From assembly GCA_958009085.1 (NCBI GenBank), contig OY253678.1:806001-870000 (forward strand): 64,000 nt of DNA, given 5' to 3'. The notes under the pieces were generated by a model. It had not been told where the DNA came from, did no database searches, and saw only the letters and a program-made list of their open reading frames with translations. This document shows positions 1-13,513 of the stretch, one piece after another. The number at the start of each line of letters is the position of its first letter. Position 1 is the first letter of the stretch. A program made the position numbers and the translations under genes. Origin of the DNA: Protoeuglena noctilucae. Taxonomy: Eukaryota.

Positions 1-77
1 TTTGGCCGCGCCCACAGCTGCTGCCCCCACCCGCGATTCGACTCAATGGCTGTCGCTACCTCCCCACGGCTGCAGGA

Positions 78-1112
78 ATGGAGATTGCGCGGCAGGTGCT
101 TGGCGGGGATTCGGCGTCCCCGCGAGGAGAGGCGATGGCAGGGGGGCCCTCGATCCGTGAGGCGAGCCCAGACCGGTCGTCCAGCACCGGCGAGGACTCC
201 GCAGCGTCCCCGAAGCGCGCGCTTGCCCTGGCGCCCCTGAGTCTCCCCGATTTGGACCTGTCGGTGGCAGCGTCTCCCCGGTCGGGTGCCCCGACCCTGT
301 CGCGTGGCGTGGGCGAGGGGCGGGGGCCTGGCGGGGCGGGCAGGTGCTTTGAGGGCGCAACGCCTTCTGCAGGGACCTCGCCCGGCGCGGGGGCCGCCAA
401 CGCCAGCCGCAGCTCCCCACGTGGGTCCTGCCCGCTGGACCTCTACCCTGGGGACGCTGCCTCGCCACCCATGACGCCCACCATGTTCGGGGCCACGAGT
501 GCTGCTGCGAGGTGGGCGCTGGGGTCGCGAGGGGAGGGCTTTCCGTGTCCCGCGATGCGCTGTGCTGCAGACCGAGGCTGAGCTTCATGCCTGCTCTCGT
601 CTGCCTGGGAGGGAGCTGCCAGGCCTCGCTCGCAGGTCAGCCGCTCTGGTCTCGTCGGGCGATACATGCTACAAGAGCAGCACGGTCTGTTCGTCACCCC
701 GGGCGTCTCCGGGCATCGCGGCGGCCCACAGTCCAACTTCGGGCACCACCGCCGGCAAGCCCCTCTCCACCGCGACCTTTCAAAACGCGGCTGCAAGCCG
801 GCACTCACCGACGGCTTCGCCCGCGTCGGCCCAGCGGCTGGCCGGCGGGTCTGGGGTCAAGCGCAAGGCTGAGGTGCGTCCGTGCACGCTGGCGCGGCCC
901 CTGGGTAGCAGACGAAGTTGTGATGATAAATCTCTGCTTTTACTAGTCTCACATGTCCCGCTGCGCCTTCGTCCCAGGACGCCCTCACCGACGAGGAGGT
1001 GGACGAGCACGAGCACCGCGATCACCGCCTCATCCGCAAGGCCATGCGCTTCTCGACGTCGTTCTCCGTCGCCCTCAAGGATGCGACAAATGACAGGCTT
1101 TTAGGAGTTTGA
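78..1112 (+). CDS. Hypothetical Ser/Pro/Ala-rich protein (multi-exon, possibly 5'-partial)
   Basis: ORF 78-~511, putative GT-AG introns (~512-635, ~874-977) and a last exon reading DALTDEEVDEHEHRDHRLIRKAMRFSTSFSVALKDATNDRLLGV*. No recognisable domain. Confidence 0.4.
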
Positions 1113-1788
1113 GATAGACTCCTAAGACGTGGTGGCAGCTCGCAGACTCTTGGACACGTCTTCCTGCCCTCGTTCCTCGCTCTCGGGACGGGCACTTCGA
1201 TGCACATGCATAGCACATTCCAGTGCTTGAATTCCGCATGAGATTGCTGAGCTGCGCGATCCCGGCAGCCCAGCAAACGCCAGACATGTCGTGCTGCAGG
1301 AAGCGAACCGGCGGGGAAAGCTCAGCTGTTGGGGTCCTCAGCCAAGCCACATTTCTTGATGACCATCTAGTAAGCAACTCCTCGTGTGGCGCGGGCCTTC
1401 TCGGCCACGTCTGGCTGCCAACTGCATGGCATGCGTCACCGTGGTGCCCTGTCATTGTCTCAACTGTAGGTGTGCGTGGAGCGGGACCAGGCAGGATGGC
1501 GCCCCCTCAAGGCCGGGAGCCGCTCCAGCTGAGCGATGCAGGGATGAAGACGCTTTCTGAAGCGAGTGAGTGCGGGGGGTCGAAATCGACGGATGGAAAC
1601 TTTTGACAGAGCAATACGGGGCGAAAGGGCCGATTGTGCACTTGTAGGGACGGCGGCGACGTCCGTGCTCGCGGCGCACTCGCTCACTCGCGCCAACCCT
1701 ATGCCGCGCAGGGGCGAAGATTGCCGCACAGGTCGGCGGTGCCTACGGTGACATCGGCTTCTATGGCTCTGCTGCGCACCTCAACCCC

Positions 1789-4700
1789 ATGGCGCGCTAC
1801 GACGCTCCTCCTCCATGGGTGCCGGCGGAAGCAACCGTTGGGCAGGTGAGCACACAGCTCAGGGAAAGGCTTTTGTTATCCCAAAACGTCCATTCATCGC
1901 CGCGAATGAACATTCCCTATCGATTCGCTGCTCCGCGACGCCGTCGCAAGCGCCGCGCGATGCGTGACGGACCCCATGCTTGTCAACAACGCATCTCACG
2001 AGGCGGGCGCGCACGACGGCCTCTCCCGCAGAGCCTCCGGTCGTCCCATGACATGTATCATCCAAGTATCCATCCGGACTACTCGTACCTGGGGCTCACC
2101 AACCACTCCGGGTCGCTGCTGGGCACTGCGGATGGCTCCCTGCGCCCCTACACCGCGTCCGGGGAGCTCGCCGGCTCCATGATGTCGTCTCACGGCATGT
2201 CGTTTCCAGTCCCGTTCTATAACTCCCCCGAGCAGGTGCATGCGCGGTGCTTTTGGCCGCCGCGCTTCCGGCCAACGTCCCCGTCTGCACTCTCCACCCC
2301 CGCGCCCGCTCTCCCGCAGAGCCTCCGCGCGAAGGAGACGGCGGAGCTCGCCGACCGCGTCGCGCATCTCAAGCGGAAGCTGTCCGTGGAGAGCCGCGTC
2401 CTGGAGGAGGACATCCGGCTCCTGGCGCGGGGGCAGGTGGCCACGTCTGCCGTCCGCAAGCAGGTCGAGGAGCTCCTGGCGCTGGCGCGGTCGCTAGAGA
2501 TGCTCGTCCCCGGCCGCGGGAGCACCGGCTCGCTGTCCGCGCCCGTGGGAGGACCCCTCAAGGCGAGGCCAGGGGCACCCACGCTTGACACTTCGCTGTC
2601 GCATGCTCGCACCGAGTCTCCGCACCCCATGTCCGCCCCCTTTCGTCCCCAACGACGCCCGCTTGCGTCCCTGTACCCGCAGACGCTCTCCGATGCTTTG
2701 TCAGGGATCCTCTCCTTCTTGAACCAAGTCGACACGGGCGGCGTCGCTGGCCACCGCGCCCGCGCCGAAGCTTCCCTGGTGGCCAACCAGCTCAGCACCG
2801 CCGCCAGTCGGTTTGGGCCCAAGTGACGCGCGCCGGGTTTCGACGGACCTGGGGTGCTGCGGAGAGCAATCCTTCAGTCAGTGCCTATTTGACAGCACAT
2901 GGGCATGTGGCCCTGCCCAGCCACAACATGCCCTTCTCCCTCGCCTTCGACCCAGGTCGCGAAACACTCTGCGCGTCCGCACCGGACCCAGTGCGTCTGA
3001 CCGGGCAGAGGCGTCGCCGTGGAGGTACCGCAGCACCGATGTCGACCACGCCCGCTTCGCAGGTGGGTGCGGTGTTCGTGATGTTCGCTCTGAGCGCTGT
3101 TGCGCAGCGAGTCAGTGCTGACGTATTAGGTTTCCCATTCCTTCGATTCCAGAGGCCTCAGCGCCCAGAGCCTCGCCTGGCCATGTTCCCCGGGGGGGTG
3201 GCTTCGTGCAAGCGGACCCGGCAGAGCACGAGGCAGTGATGGAAGACATGTGGGTGGAAATCGAGGACATCATCCGAGAGATCGTGGAGACGACGCGCGG
3301 GGCGGCGGCGCACGTGATGGAAATCCTCGAGGTGACGCTCGGCAGGGCACGATGGCACGGAGTGAGGGAGCTTGGCAAGCAAGCTGATTGAAATTCCTCC
3401 ATGTCCTTGCGATGCAGGGATGCGGGAAGCCTTTCATGGACAGCATCGAGCTCGATGGTCAAGGTGCGGTCACATGGGATGCCAGTCACATGCATATGCC
3501 ATGGTTGTGCGACGTGCTGCTGAGCTGAGCCGCTCCTGGGCGTCTGCAGAGGCCCAGGGCGCCCTGGACGCAATGGCGGCGTGCCTGACGTCGCTGACCG
3601 ACTGCCTCAACCACGAGCTTCTGGCACCGCTGTCGGGGGACGGCGGCCTGTCAGACCAGACGCTGAACGTGCTGGAGGCCGCGGGGCAGTCGTGGGGAGA
3701 CGTGAAGGACCCAATGGAGGCGGTGCAGTCGGCACTGGTCATGGAGACGCGGGCTCTCATCGACGAGGGCATCTCCCTGTGCAGGGCCCTGCTGGCCCAG
3801 GGCCAAGAGACCCAGAAGAAGCTCAAGATCCGGGACGGGCCCCAGGTGAACGAGAAGATGGGCTGACGGGGCCGCGCCATCTCTCACGCCGCGTGCATGG
3901 CGACGGCGCTTGCGTGTGTGGGGGGCCGTCGCAAGGCTTGAGCTCCGTGGGCGTGCCAAGCCCGGCTGTCATGAGCTGCGTCGCCGTTGCCTTCGTATAC
4001 GCAGATCGACGAGGCGTACGGCCTCCTGGGCAGCATGGAGCGCGCGCTGGCGGATGCGGAGGCTGCGACCGAGGCCGCGGTGGAGGCGATGCCGGCGCAG
4101 CTGCCACCCGGCATGCGGCCCAGGGGCAACGCCCGGGGCAACAACCCGCGCCTGCGAGCCTCGGGCGATCGCAGCCCCGCCCGCGGCGCCATGGCTCTCC
4201 CCGCGCCCTCGCCCTCGCCCCACTCCCGCCTCAGCCCCGGCCGCCGTGGCGTGTCGTGGGGCCAGGGCGGGGCCCGCGCGGGCGACCGGCACACCTCGCG
4301 CGGCGCCGCGTTCGGGGCCGCGGCCCCTCGCCCTCGCGTGGAGCTGCCCAAGAGCTCCATGACCCGAGACTACGTTGTGCGGGGCGAGCGGGGGTATGCC
4401 AGCCCGTCGCCCCGGCGCCGATCCAAGTCCCGCAGCCGCAAGAAGCGGGACGAGTCGACGACAGAGGGACTCTCGACGGGTCAGGAGGATCGGGAGGACC
4501 GGGAGCGGCGGCGATCCAAGTCCCGGCCTCGGTCGCGGTCCGCAGACAAGAAGGGCGGCCACGGGACGACCACGGGGGTGAGGGAGGATGCGGGGGGATG
4601 CGGGACGGTAGCAGTGGCGTCATAGGTACGAACGATGAGTGTTTGTGCGCTGTGCTTGTGCGCTGGCAGCAGATGGGTTCCACGCATGTCTGAGGGGCCC

Positions 4701-7700
4701 CCAGTGCCAGTCACTCTGCCATGGCGTGCCTTGTGACTGCGCCGGTCCCGCATGCCGCAGACGACGAGCGATTCGAGTCACCGCGACAAGCGCCGGAGTC
4801 GGAGCCACGGCCGGTCTCACTCCAAGAAGCGCTCAGAGTCCAAGAGCCGGGGCCACGGTCACAAGTCACGGGGGCGGCACCGGCACAGCAGCTCGGGATC
4901 CACGTCGAGTGCACTCTTGCGAGGGTACGCCCCCAAGAACCACATGGACCTGCCGGCGAAGCTCGTGGTGGCTGCCGACTCGGGCGCGCTGAACATCCGG
5001 GGCTACGAGGGCGACAGCTGGGCCAGCCGGCCGTGGAAGGAGGTGAGAGCTGGGATGGCTGCTGCGATGGGAACTGAAACTGCTGGAATGGTATGATGGC
5101 TGGGGCGCATGTCTCACGTCCTGTCACTCCCATCGACGATGGTGGGCTCGACAAAGCGCTTGATGCATGCACCAGTCTAGCGCTTCTGGAGTGTGGGTGG
5201 AGGTTGGAAGATACAAGAGCGGAGTTGTTAGTGCTCGCAGGTGAAGGAGGCGCAGCTGGGGGAGTACAAGAAGGAGCTGCGGGCGTGGAAGGAGCGCAAG
5301 GCCCAGAGGGACAAGGAGAAGGAGCATTTGAAAGAGCAGGGGCTCACGTGGGTGTCGGACGAGGACGACTACGCCCCGCCCCCGCCGCCGCCCCTCTTCC
5401 ACGCCCGAGGGGGCAGCGTGCACCACGACAAGCCCTGGGTGAGTGTGCGTGTGTCCCTGCATGGCATCCGCTCCACGCTATCCACCTCCTTCTCACCTGC
5501 CTCAATGCCACGCTCTCATCTTTCTTATAAATGAGTAACTAACCCTCACTCGTCCCGCATCCTCGCAGGCTCCCGCGCCCCTCGGCCTTCCCCACGAGCG
5601 GGAGGAGCGGCACGCCCCGCCCGCCTACACGATCCACAACACCCGGCTGCTGCAGATCCAGCGCAAGGTGGCTCTCACCCTGCAGCGCGCGGCCGAGTTT
5701 AAGCAGCAACTGGAGCGCATGCCCTCGGTGCAGCAGCTGAGGGACCGTGTGCAGGGTCTGAAGGAGCACCTGCGCTCGGTGGGCGGCTCGCCAAACAGGC
5801 GCGGCACGTCGCCGGAGATCGTGAACGAGCTCGCCAAGGCAGAAAAGAAACTGAAGGCGAGGCGATGAGGGATGCGCAGTGCTTGGCGGGGCTGAGGGTG
5901 GCAAGGGGCGACAGTGGGTTGGTAACTGTGAAGGGTGCGTCGGCGACGTGCCTTAGCCACTGCTCGCTCGGCCGCAGGAGGTGGAGGGCCTGGAGAACAT
6001 GGTGGGTCCGCGGGACGGCGCGAGCGACGCTTCTGACCCCCAGCGGGTGCCAGAGATCCATCGGGTGCTGCAGAAGCATCGCGAGGAGTTAACCAAGGTG
6101 GCCAGGGCCGAGCTGGCGCGAATCTGGGAGGCGGAGATGGGGCAGTTCGCGGAGAAGATGCGGGAGATTCAGGTGTGTGCCGGTTGACAAGCGTGCTGTG
6201 GCCGCAGCATGCATGGATGCCAGCCTAGCCACACCGTCTCTTGCCCACAAGCACACCCACCCAGCCCTCTACCTGTACCGCCGCTGTCGTCAACCTGCAA
6301 CACATCCACGTGCTTCAGACCCATTCACTCACCCTCCCACCCATCGCGTGCGCGCAGGTGGAGCTGCGCCGGTTGCCGACGGTGCGGGCGATCGAGCAGC
6401 AACGCGAGGCGGCCCGCGCCGTGCACAGTCGGCTGGCGGGCAACGACCGGGACGGCCTGGCCAAGGTCAAGCGTGTGCTGGAGAAGTGCAAGGTCGCGGA
6501 GGAGCGGAGGCAGGAGATGGAGGGCAAGGCGCGACGCCTGCGACTGGCAGTCCTCAAGCGGGTACAGCCCTACCTGACCGAGGTTGCCAGAATCGCTAAG
6601 TCCGTGGGGTTCCCGGACCCCCTCGCGGGGGCGCTGAAGGCGCTGGGCGTGGAGGAGGGGTCCGAGGAGGCAGACAGCGATGCCGTCATGGACGTCCTTG
6701 GGGGCGTGCCCAGGGGCCGCTACCACAACCCCATTCTCAGAGAGGACGTCCTGCGAGGCCAGCCGGACGAGTCGCCCCGGCGGGCGCGGGGCAGGCGAGA
6801 CACCGGCTGGGATGGGGGTGCGGGGGGGATTGCTTGGGGGCTGTGTTTTCACGCTCTCGGCACTGCCCTGCCAGACCTGGTGCCGCGCAGGTCGCAGTCG
6901 CAGTCGTAGCTTACAACACCGCTGCTCCCTTCGCCTCCCAGGGCCAAGGACGGTCTCCAAGACTTGGACTGGCTGCACAGCAAGCACCGTGCCGGCGACC
7001 TGGCGGGGGTGTGGGACTCACGCAGCGAGCAGGAGGCATACACGCGGGACATGCTCGGCGCGATGCTCGACCCGGGTAAGCCGCCTTGCTATCTTGCAAG
7101 CGCTGGGTGACCAGGGCAGGCACGGAGGGCATCGCGGCACTGTGCTAAGCAAAGGCGCTTCAGTGACCATCTGGGTACCCTGGCGAGCATCTTTGCGCGC
7201 AAAATGCGCCGCGGCTCTTGTTCTGTGTCGCAGAGGCAGCGCAGTTGGAGGAGGACGTTTGGACGGCCCGGCTGCTCGAGCGCAGTCAGCGCCCGCCCAA
7301 GCACCGTGCCACCAACGCAGAGGCCGCACGCAGGGCGCTAGGCAACCTCAGCTACACCCCCAAGGCCATGGGGCTCTTCGACGACGACGACGCGCTCCTC
7401 GGGTGAGGCTGGAACCCTCGACGCAGCGGGTGCAGGTCGCCATGAGATGGGCCCGGCCTGGCCAAACACAGCGTGTGGCATGCCTGGTTGCACCCAAGCC
7501 GGAGTAACTAGATGCCTGCGCATGCGACCGTTCCTGCGAGCGTGTCCGCTACCCGGTCTGCAACATTTTTCTGTCTGCGACCATATTGGCGACTGTATCT
7601 GCAACGGCGCCCCTTTCGCACCGCACGCAGGTCGCGTCGAAGGCGCGGCGGCCGTGGCGACGACTTCAGCGTGGCGCCCATCACGGCTGCCAACATCTGG

Positions 7701-10700
7701 AAGACGCTCGACGACAACCTGGAGAAGATGCAGCGGGGCCTGGCGGGCGACGACGCGGGGGCGGCGCTTGAGGACGACGACGACCCTCTGGCCGCCCTGC
7801 GCCGTAACCAGACGGACACGGGCGGGCAGCGCGAGAGGGGCGCGGAGAAGAAGGGCCAGAAGCCGGTGGTGCGCGAGGGGACGCTGCTGAGCGCCGTGGA
7901 GGCGCTGGCGGAGTGGAAGGGCGTGGGGCTGGAGGAGCTGTGGCGCGAGTACGGCGCGCGGGGCGCGTCCGGGGGCATTACCCTGGAGAAGCTGCAGCGT
8001 CTGCTCGAGGAAGTGGTGCCTCACGCGCCGCTGTCGAGCGAGGTGCGGTACGTGGCGGTGCTGATGGACACGAGCGGGGAGGGCCGGGTGGCGCTGCGGG
8101 AGTTCGAGGAGGTGGCGGAGATGGTGCAGATCCGGGACGGCCACCTGGTGGTGCCGCGGGACGGCGTCAGCGCCGACGAGTTCCTCGTGCTCATGGCCAA
8201 GCGGGCGCGGTCCATGCCCGGGGGCCTGCCCGTGCTATTCGACACGTTCGATCGTGATATGTCCGGGGACATTGACATGCTGGAGGCCACGCAGATGGTC
8301 GGCACCAGTGAGTAAAGCGACGCGGATGGACTCACAGGGTTCATTTTAAGCGAGCATGGCAATTTGCCTTGTTTCTGTACGTTCGCACCTCGCCGTCTCA
8401 CCTCAAAACGCCCCACCCTCACCTGCGACCAGCGCACCCTGCTCTCCCTCGTTGGTTTGCTAGACTAACAAGCGACACTCTCTGCCTCGCTTCCCGCAGT
8501 GCTCCCCGGCCTTCGCGACAAGGAGAAGCGCCGCGTCCTCATCCACCTCATGGGCGGGCAGCAGGGCACGAGCCGCGCGGGGCGCATCACCCTGCGCGAC
8601 CTTGAAGCCCTCCTGCAGCCTTACATGGATCGGCTGGCCAGGGGCAGCGGCATGGAGGGCTTCTCCAGCAGGTGAGGGACACAGGGCTGGTGTAAGGTGG
8701 CATGGTAGCAGGCAAGCATCCGCTGGGCTCGTCGTGCAAGGGCAGTGGCAGCAAACAGCAGCCGAGGACGCTTGGTTGGTTAACCTCTCGTGCCATTCTG
8801 ATGGCGCCCACCTTCAGCAAACTCACTCGCCTCGCTCGTGTCGCAGTGATCGCGGCCTGCGAGCCCAGGAGGCCCTGGGCGAGGTGCTGGGGACGCTGGG
8901 GGACTACGCGCAGCGGGAGCAGCGCCGCGGGGGCCGCAAGGGCGCGCTGGTCGATTTCCTGTGGGCCAAGTTCTGCCGGTCCGGCACGGGCAAGCTCACG
9001 CTCACGGAGCTGGAGAGCATGCTGCGCGCGGCTGGGCGCGAGGCGTTCCGAGACGAGGCGCGGTCGCTGTGGCTGCTGATGGACCTGAACGGGGACAAGG
9101 TCATTTCCAAGGAGGAGTTCCGGGAGGGTATCGGGGCCGCGCAGGTGCTGATGCGGCGCGGGGGCGGCGGGGAGCGCGGGGGCGCGGATGACGATAATGC
9201 GGGGCAGCTGCCCAAGGGCCTGCTGCTGCGGCTGGCGAGGGCGGCTAAGGAGCGCGGGGGCGTGTCGAGACTTATGGAGGTGAGGGCGGGTCTCTGGGAC
9301 CATTGCGCGCCTGCCTCGCAGCGGGGAGATAAGTGTTGGCCCTCACCTGGCCCGTACTGCCCCAACCACCCCTCGCTCTGTCTCTCTCTCACCACTCCCT
9401 GTGCTGCATCTCTCGACACCACCTTGTCCACCCCACGCCTGTCTCTACACCACCCCGCCCACTCCTCCCTCGTAACATCGCAGGAGTTTGACGTCAACCA
9501 CAATGGCGTCCTAGAGTCCTCCGAGCTCGCGCGGCTGTTCCGGCGCATCATGCCCGGCCTCCGCGACGACGAGGTCCGCGTCCTGCTGCTGCGACTGGGC
9601 GCCCTGGATCCCTCCGGGCGGGGCCGCGTGGACGTCCACGAACTGCGACAGGCGTTGGAGCCGTACCTGGAGGGCGCGGAGGCCACGAGCGGGGACCTGT
9701 TTAAGATGGTGGACGAGTACCTGCGGTCCACGGGAGAGGCCTTCCAGGTGCATGTGATTGTGGCGACAGCAGCGCTTGGTCAGGAGCGACGCATGTCGCC
9801 ACGCCCGCCGACGCATCTGGTGCCTGTCCCTCTCCGCAGACGATGTGGCAGCGATACGAAGCGCAGTACAATGGGTCCAGTGCGGCGGGGCTCCGGCGGG
9901 ACGCGCTGGCTACGATGCTCCGGGAGGTGGCCCAGGGTCTGTCGCGCAGCCGGGGGCGGGCGGTGCGCATCAGCGAGGCCCAGATCGACTACGTCTGGAA
10001 GGTGAGATGGAGATGGCAGGCAATTCTGCCTGGCCGTATTGTTGCTCGCGCTCGATGCGATTGTTGATGCCGTGTTGACAGTGACCGCATCAGGCTGGCC
10101 GATCCATCCCCCCTGACCATTTCTCCTTTGCCCCCAGATCCTCGACATCAACGGCGACGGGCGCGTGCAGATGGACGAGTTCCTGCAGGTCTACCAGTAC
10201 GCCACGCAGACGGGGAGGGGCCTGGTGAGTCGCGGCAGCGATGAGGCCATTTGAGATGAGCAGACGAACTGGCAGAGCAAGCAACATCCAACCTTTCGGT
10301 CGCCAATCGACGACTGCTCTTCTGACCCCGCCTTATCCTCTTGACACAGTCGCAAACGTGCTGTGCTATCCTGCTATCCCCCCAGGCATTCAAGGACCGT
10401 GTGACGGTCGAGGACGTGCTGCAGCGCATCGCGCAGACGCTCAAGGATGCACGCCAGATCGCCACGCTGTACAAGGCGTATGACAAAGACGGCGACGGGA
10501 CCCTGGGCCCGCGGGAGCTGGCCAAGCTGTTCCAGGACTCAGTCCCGGGCATCACGCCTGAGGAGCTGCAAGTGCTGCTGCTGCACCTGGGCAACCTCGA
10601 CGCCTCCCGCGACGGCCAGGTGTCGGTGGCGGAGATAACGCAGGCGCTCGGGCCCTACTTCGCGGCGGCCGCCGCCACGCCTCACGCCGCCCACGCGGCG

Positions 10701-13382
10701 CAGCAGGGACCGGCGGACCCCCGCAAGACGCGGCTGGTGCAGGGGCTGGCCAGTGTGCCCCGGGAGACGCTCATCGACTGCTTCCGGTGAGAGGGGCGGG
10801 TTGGATTTCAAGTAAAGCGTAAGGCGTCCTGTTTCCAAAGTTTTGACTGCTTCACCGACACGCAAGCCATGATATGATGCGCCGGCGGTCATATGCACAC
10901 ATCCGTCCACCATGCCAGGCTCCCTCTGCTTGACTGCTTAATCCCTCTCTCTCCTCCCAGGCGCCTGGATATGCGCGGCCACGGTCTGGTCCGCGCCGAC
11001 GTGAATGAGCTGGTGCGGATGTTGCTCCCGGGGGTGCCGGTTGACGAGGGCAAGGTGCGATATCTGTCGGTGGTGCTGGACCTGGACGGCGACGGCAGGA
11101 TCACGCAGAGGGAGCTTCTGGAGGTCCTCGACATGGCGCACAGGCTGGGATCCGACATGGTGCTCAGGTGAGGCCGGGGCTGGGGGTGTATTTGACGGTG
11201 GTTGTCAATGGCCAGGGCTGGGTGCATTCATGACCCACAGCAACCAGCCGTCAAGTGCGGCGAGCTGACCACCCGCTCCTCCATCACTATGCCACCTCTC
11301 GCCCCAATTGGCCCGCCTGCAGGGACAACGTGACGGTGCGGGACGTGCTGCAGCGTTTGGGGACCAAGGTCGGGAGCCTGGAGCGGGCCAAGGAGCTCTT
11401 CTATCAGTTCGACCGCAACAAGAGCGGCACGCTGGACGGGCAGGAGCTGGCGCGGTTGTTCCGGTTCGCCCTCCCGGCCCTGACCACTCGCGACGTGCAG
11501 ATGCTGCTCTTGGCCCTCCAGAACCTCGACGCCGACGGCAACGGCCTCGTGTCCTTCGCCGAGTTCATCGACGCCGTGGCGCCTTACCTCCCCGACCGCC
11601 ACGCGGCCCCGGCCGTCGCGGCCGTGCAGGCCCACGCCTACAGCCGCCCGGGGTCCCCGGCGGTGCAGGGCGGGGCGCACGCACACGCGCACGCGGCATC
11701 GCCGCACCACGCGGCGTACGGGGGCTACCCTCCCGCGCAGGGCCACCCGACCGTGGTGCCCCCGAGCCCGGCGGGGCGCCCCGGCAGCGCGCACGGCTCT
11801 GTGCACGGTGGCGCGGGGGCGTCACCGCGTGAGGTGGACTTCTTCGGTCGCCTGGAGTCCCATTTGCTGGGCCGGCGGCAGGAGCTGGACGACCTCTGGA
11901 AGAAGTACGACCGCACCGGGCGCGGGCTCGACCGGGTCACGCTGGCGGCGCTGGTGCGGGAGGTGGTGCCCGAGATGGAGCTGAGTCAGGAGCAGCTGCG
12001 GCTGCTGGCGTGCATGCTGGACATCGACGGGGACGGACAGATCACCAAGCAGGAGCTGCTGGACAACTTCACGATGATGAACAAGATGGGCAAGAAGCTG
12101 GTCGTGACGGACGACGTGAGTGCGGTCCCTGACGCCCGCGATCCCCGTGCTGTGTCTGTACAGACTAGATAGAACAGCCTTTGTTCTATCTTAAGCTTTT
12201 GCGCATTTGTGCAGACCCTCCGTTACATCTCAAGCTCTCTCACTTCTCATGACACCTCATCACAACCCTCCTCGCACACGCAGGGCCTCACGGGCCACCA
12301 GCTCATGGTGCGGCTGGCGACGCTGCTCCAGAGCCCCGAGGCCGTGGCGGTGGCGTTCAAGAAATACGACAAGGACGGCACGGGGTTCCTGGACGCCTCC
12401 GAGGTGCTCCAGATGGTGTCGGACGCCTTCCCAGGGGCCACGGCCGACGAGAAGCGTGCGCTGCTGTACCACGTGGTGGCCTACGACCTCAATATGGACG
12501 GCTTCATCTCCCTCGACGAGCTCCAGCGCGCCCTGGCGCCCTACTTCGGGACGGTCGCGCAGGGCCCGGCCACTGCGCACGGCCACGGGACCCAGGGGGC
12601 GCAGGCGGCGCAGGGCTACGGGGCGCAGGCGCCCTCGGGCAGCGCGAGCTTCCGCCTGCTGGACAAAGTCGTGCACACGGTGCGGGCCAACCCGAACGTG
12701 CTGAGCAGCGCAGCCATGGGGCGCGGGTGGAACGGCCTGGTCCCGAGCAGCCACTACCACGTGATGCTGGCGGACGCGCTGCCGATGCTGAGCCCGGCCG
12801 AGGCGGCGCTGCTGGGGGCCGTGATGCGTCTCGAGATCCGCACCGAGGATGGCCGCGCGCCCATGACGGGTGCCTCGGCGACCAAGGTGTCCACGCATTT
12901 GGAGAAAGCCTTGACGGCGGCCCAGCTCCTGCTGACCCCCTCGCGGTGCCAGGCGCTCCTGGACTTCAAGACGTGGGCGGGGAGGAACGGGGAGAACTTG
13001 CTGGCCAAGTGAGCGGCCGCGCGCATGCCGGGCTTGGGCAGCTGAGGTGGCATCAGCACGACAAGTAGACTTATCGCTGTGTGTTTCGTCCCCGCAGCGT
13101 CCACCACCTGACGCAGGGGCAGGTGCACGCCGAGCTCCCGATGGAGTACCTGGAGAGGATCGTGGAAATGTGGGGCCAGCACACGCCGCCCATGCACCGG
13201 TCGTCCGTGCTCCTGTGGCTGCACGACATCGACCTGACAGGTAAGCCAGCCTTTGATTGGGTGTGTTGAACGATGCGCCAGCCACTGGCTCGCTCCTCAA
13301 CCGACATGTGCAATGCGGTGCAGGGATGATGAAAATGCGGGCATCGCATATCGTCGAGAGGCTCGCCCACGTCGTGCACTGA
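1789..13382 (+). CDS. Giant multi-exon protein: N-terminal coiled-coil and Arg/Ser-rich low-complexity half, C-terminal array of about 20 EF-hands (Ca2+-binding)
   Basis: Exons can be chained by splice signals from MARYDAPPPW (1789) to ...HIVERLAHVVH* (TGA 13380-13382). EF loops seen include DRDMSGDIDMLE, DLNGDKVISKEE, DVNHNGVLESSE, DINGDGRVQMDE, DKDGDGTLGPRE, DLDGDGRITQRE, DRNKSGTLDGQE, DADGNGLVSFAE, DIDGDGQITKQE, DKDGTGFLDASE and DLNMDGFISLDE. The EF part (7631-13382) is secure; its fusion with 1789-7400 is inferred. Confidence 0.7.
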
Positions 13383-13513
13383 ACGAGAGTCTCTTGCCCC
13401 AATAGCATCATCTGGCCAAATGGATTAGCCTATCTGTGTGCAAGCAGCTACATTTGCGGAGTAGTTGTGAAACAGATGTCTTGCATGGGCGTATCTGGCA
13501 TCCTGGACCCTTC

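Noticed and set aside
4380..4900. Arg/Ser-rich stretch as an SR splicing factor
   Set aside because: No RRM is seen. It appears to be a low-complexity exon pair within the larger coiled-coil/EF-hand gene.
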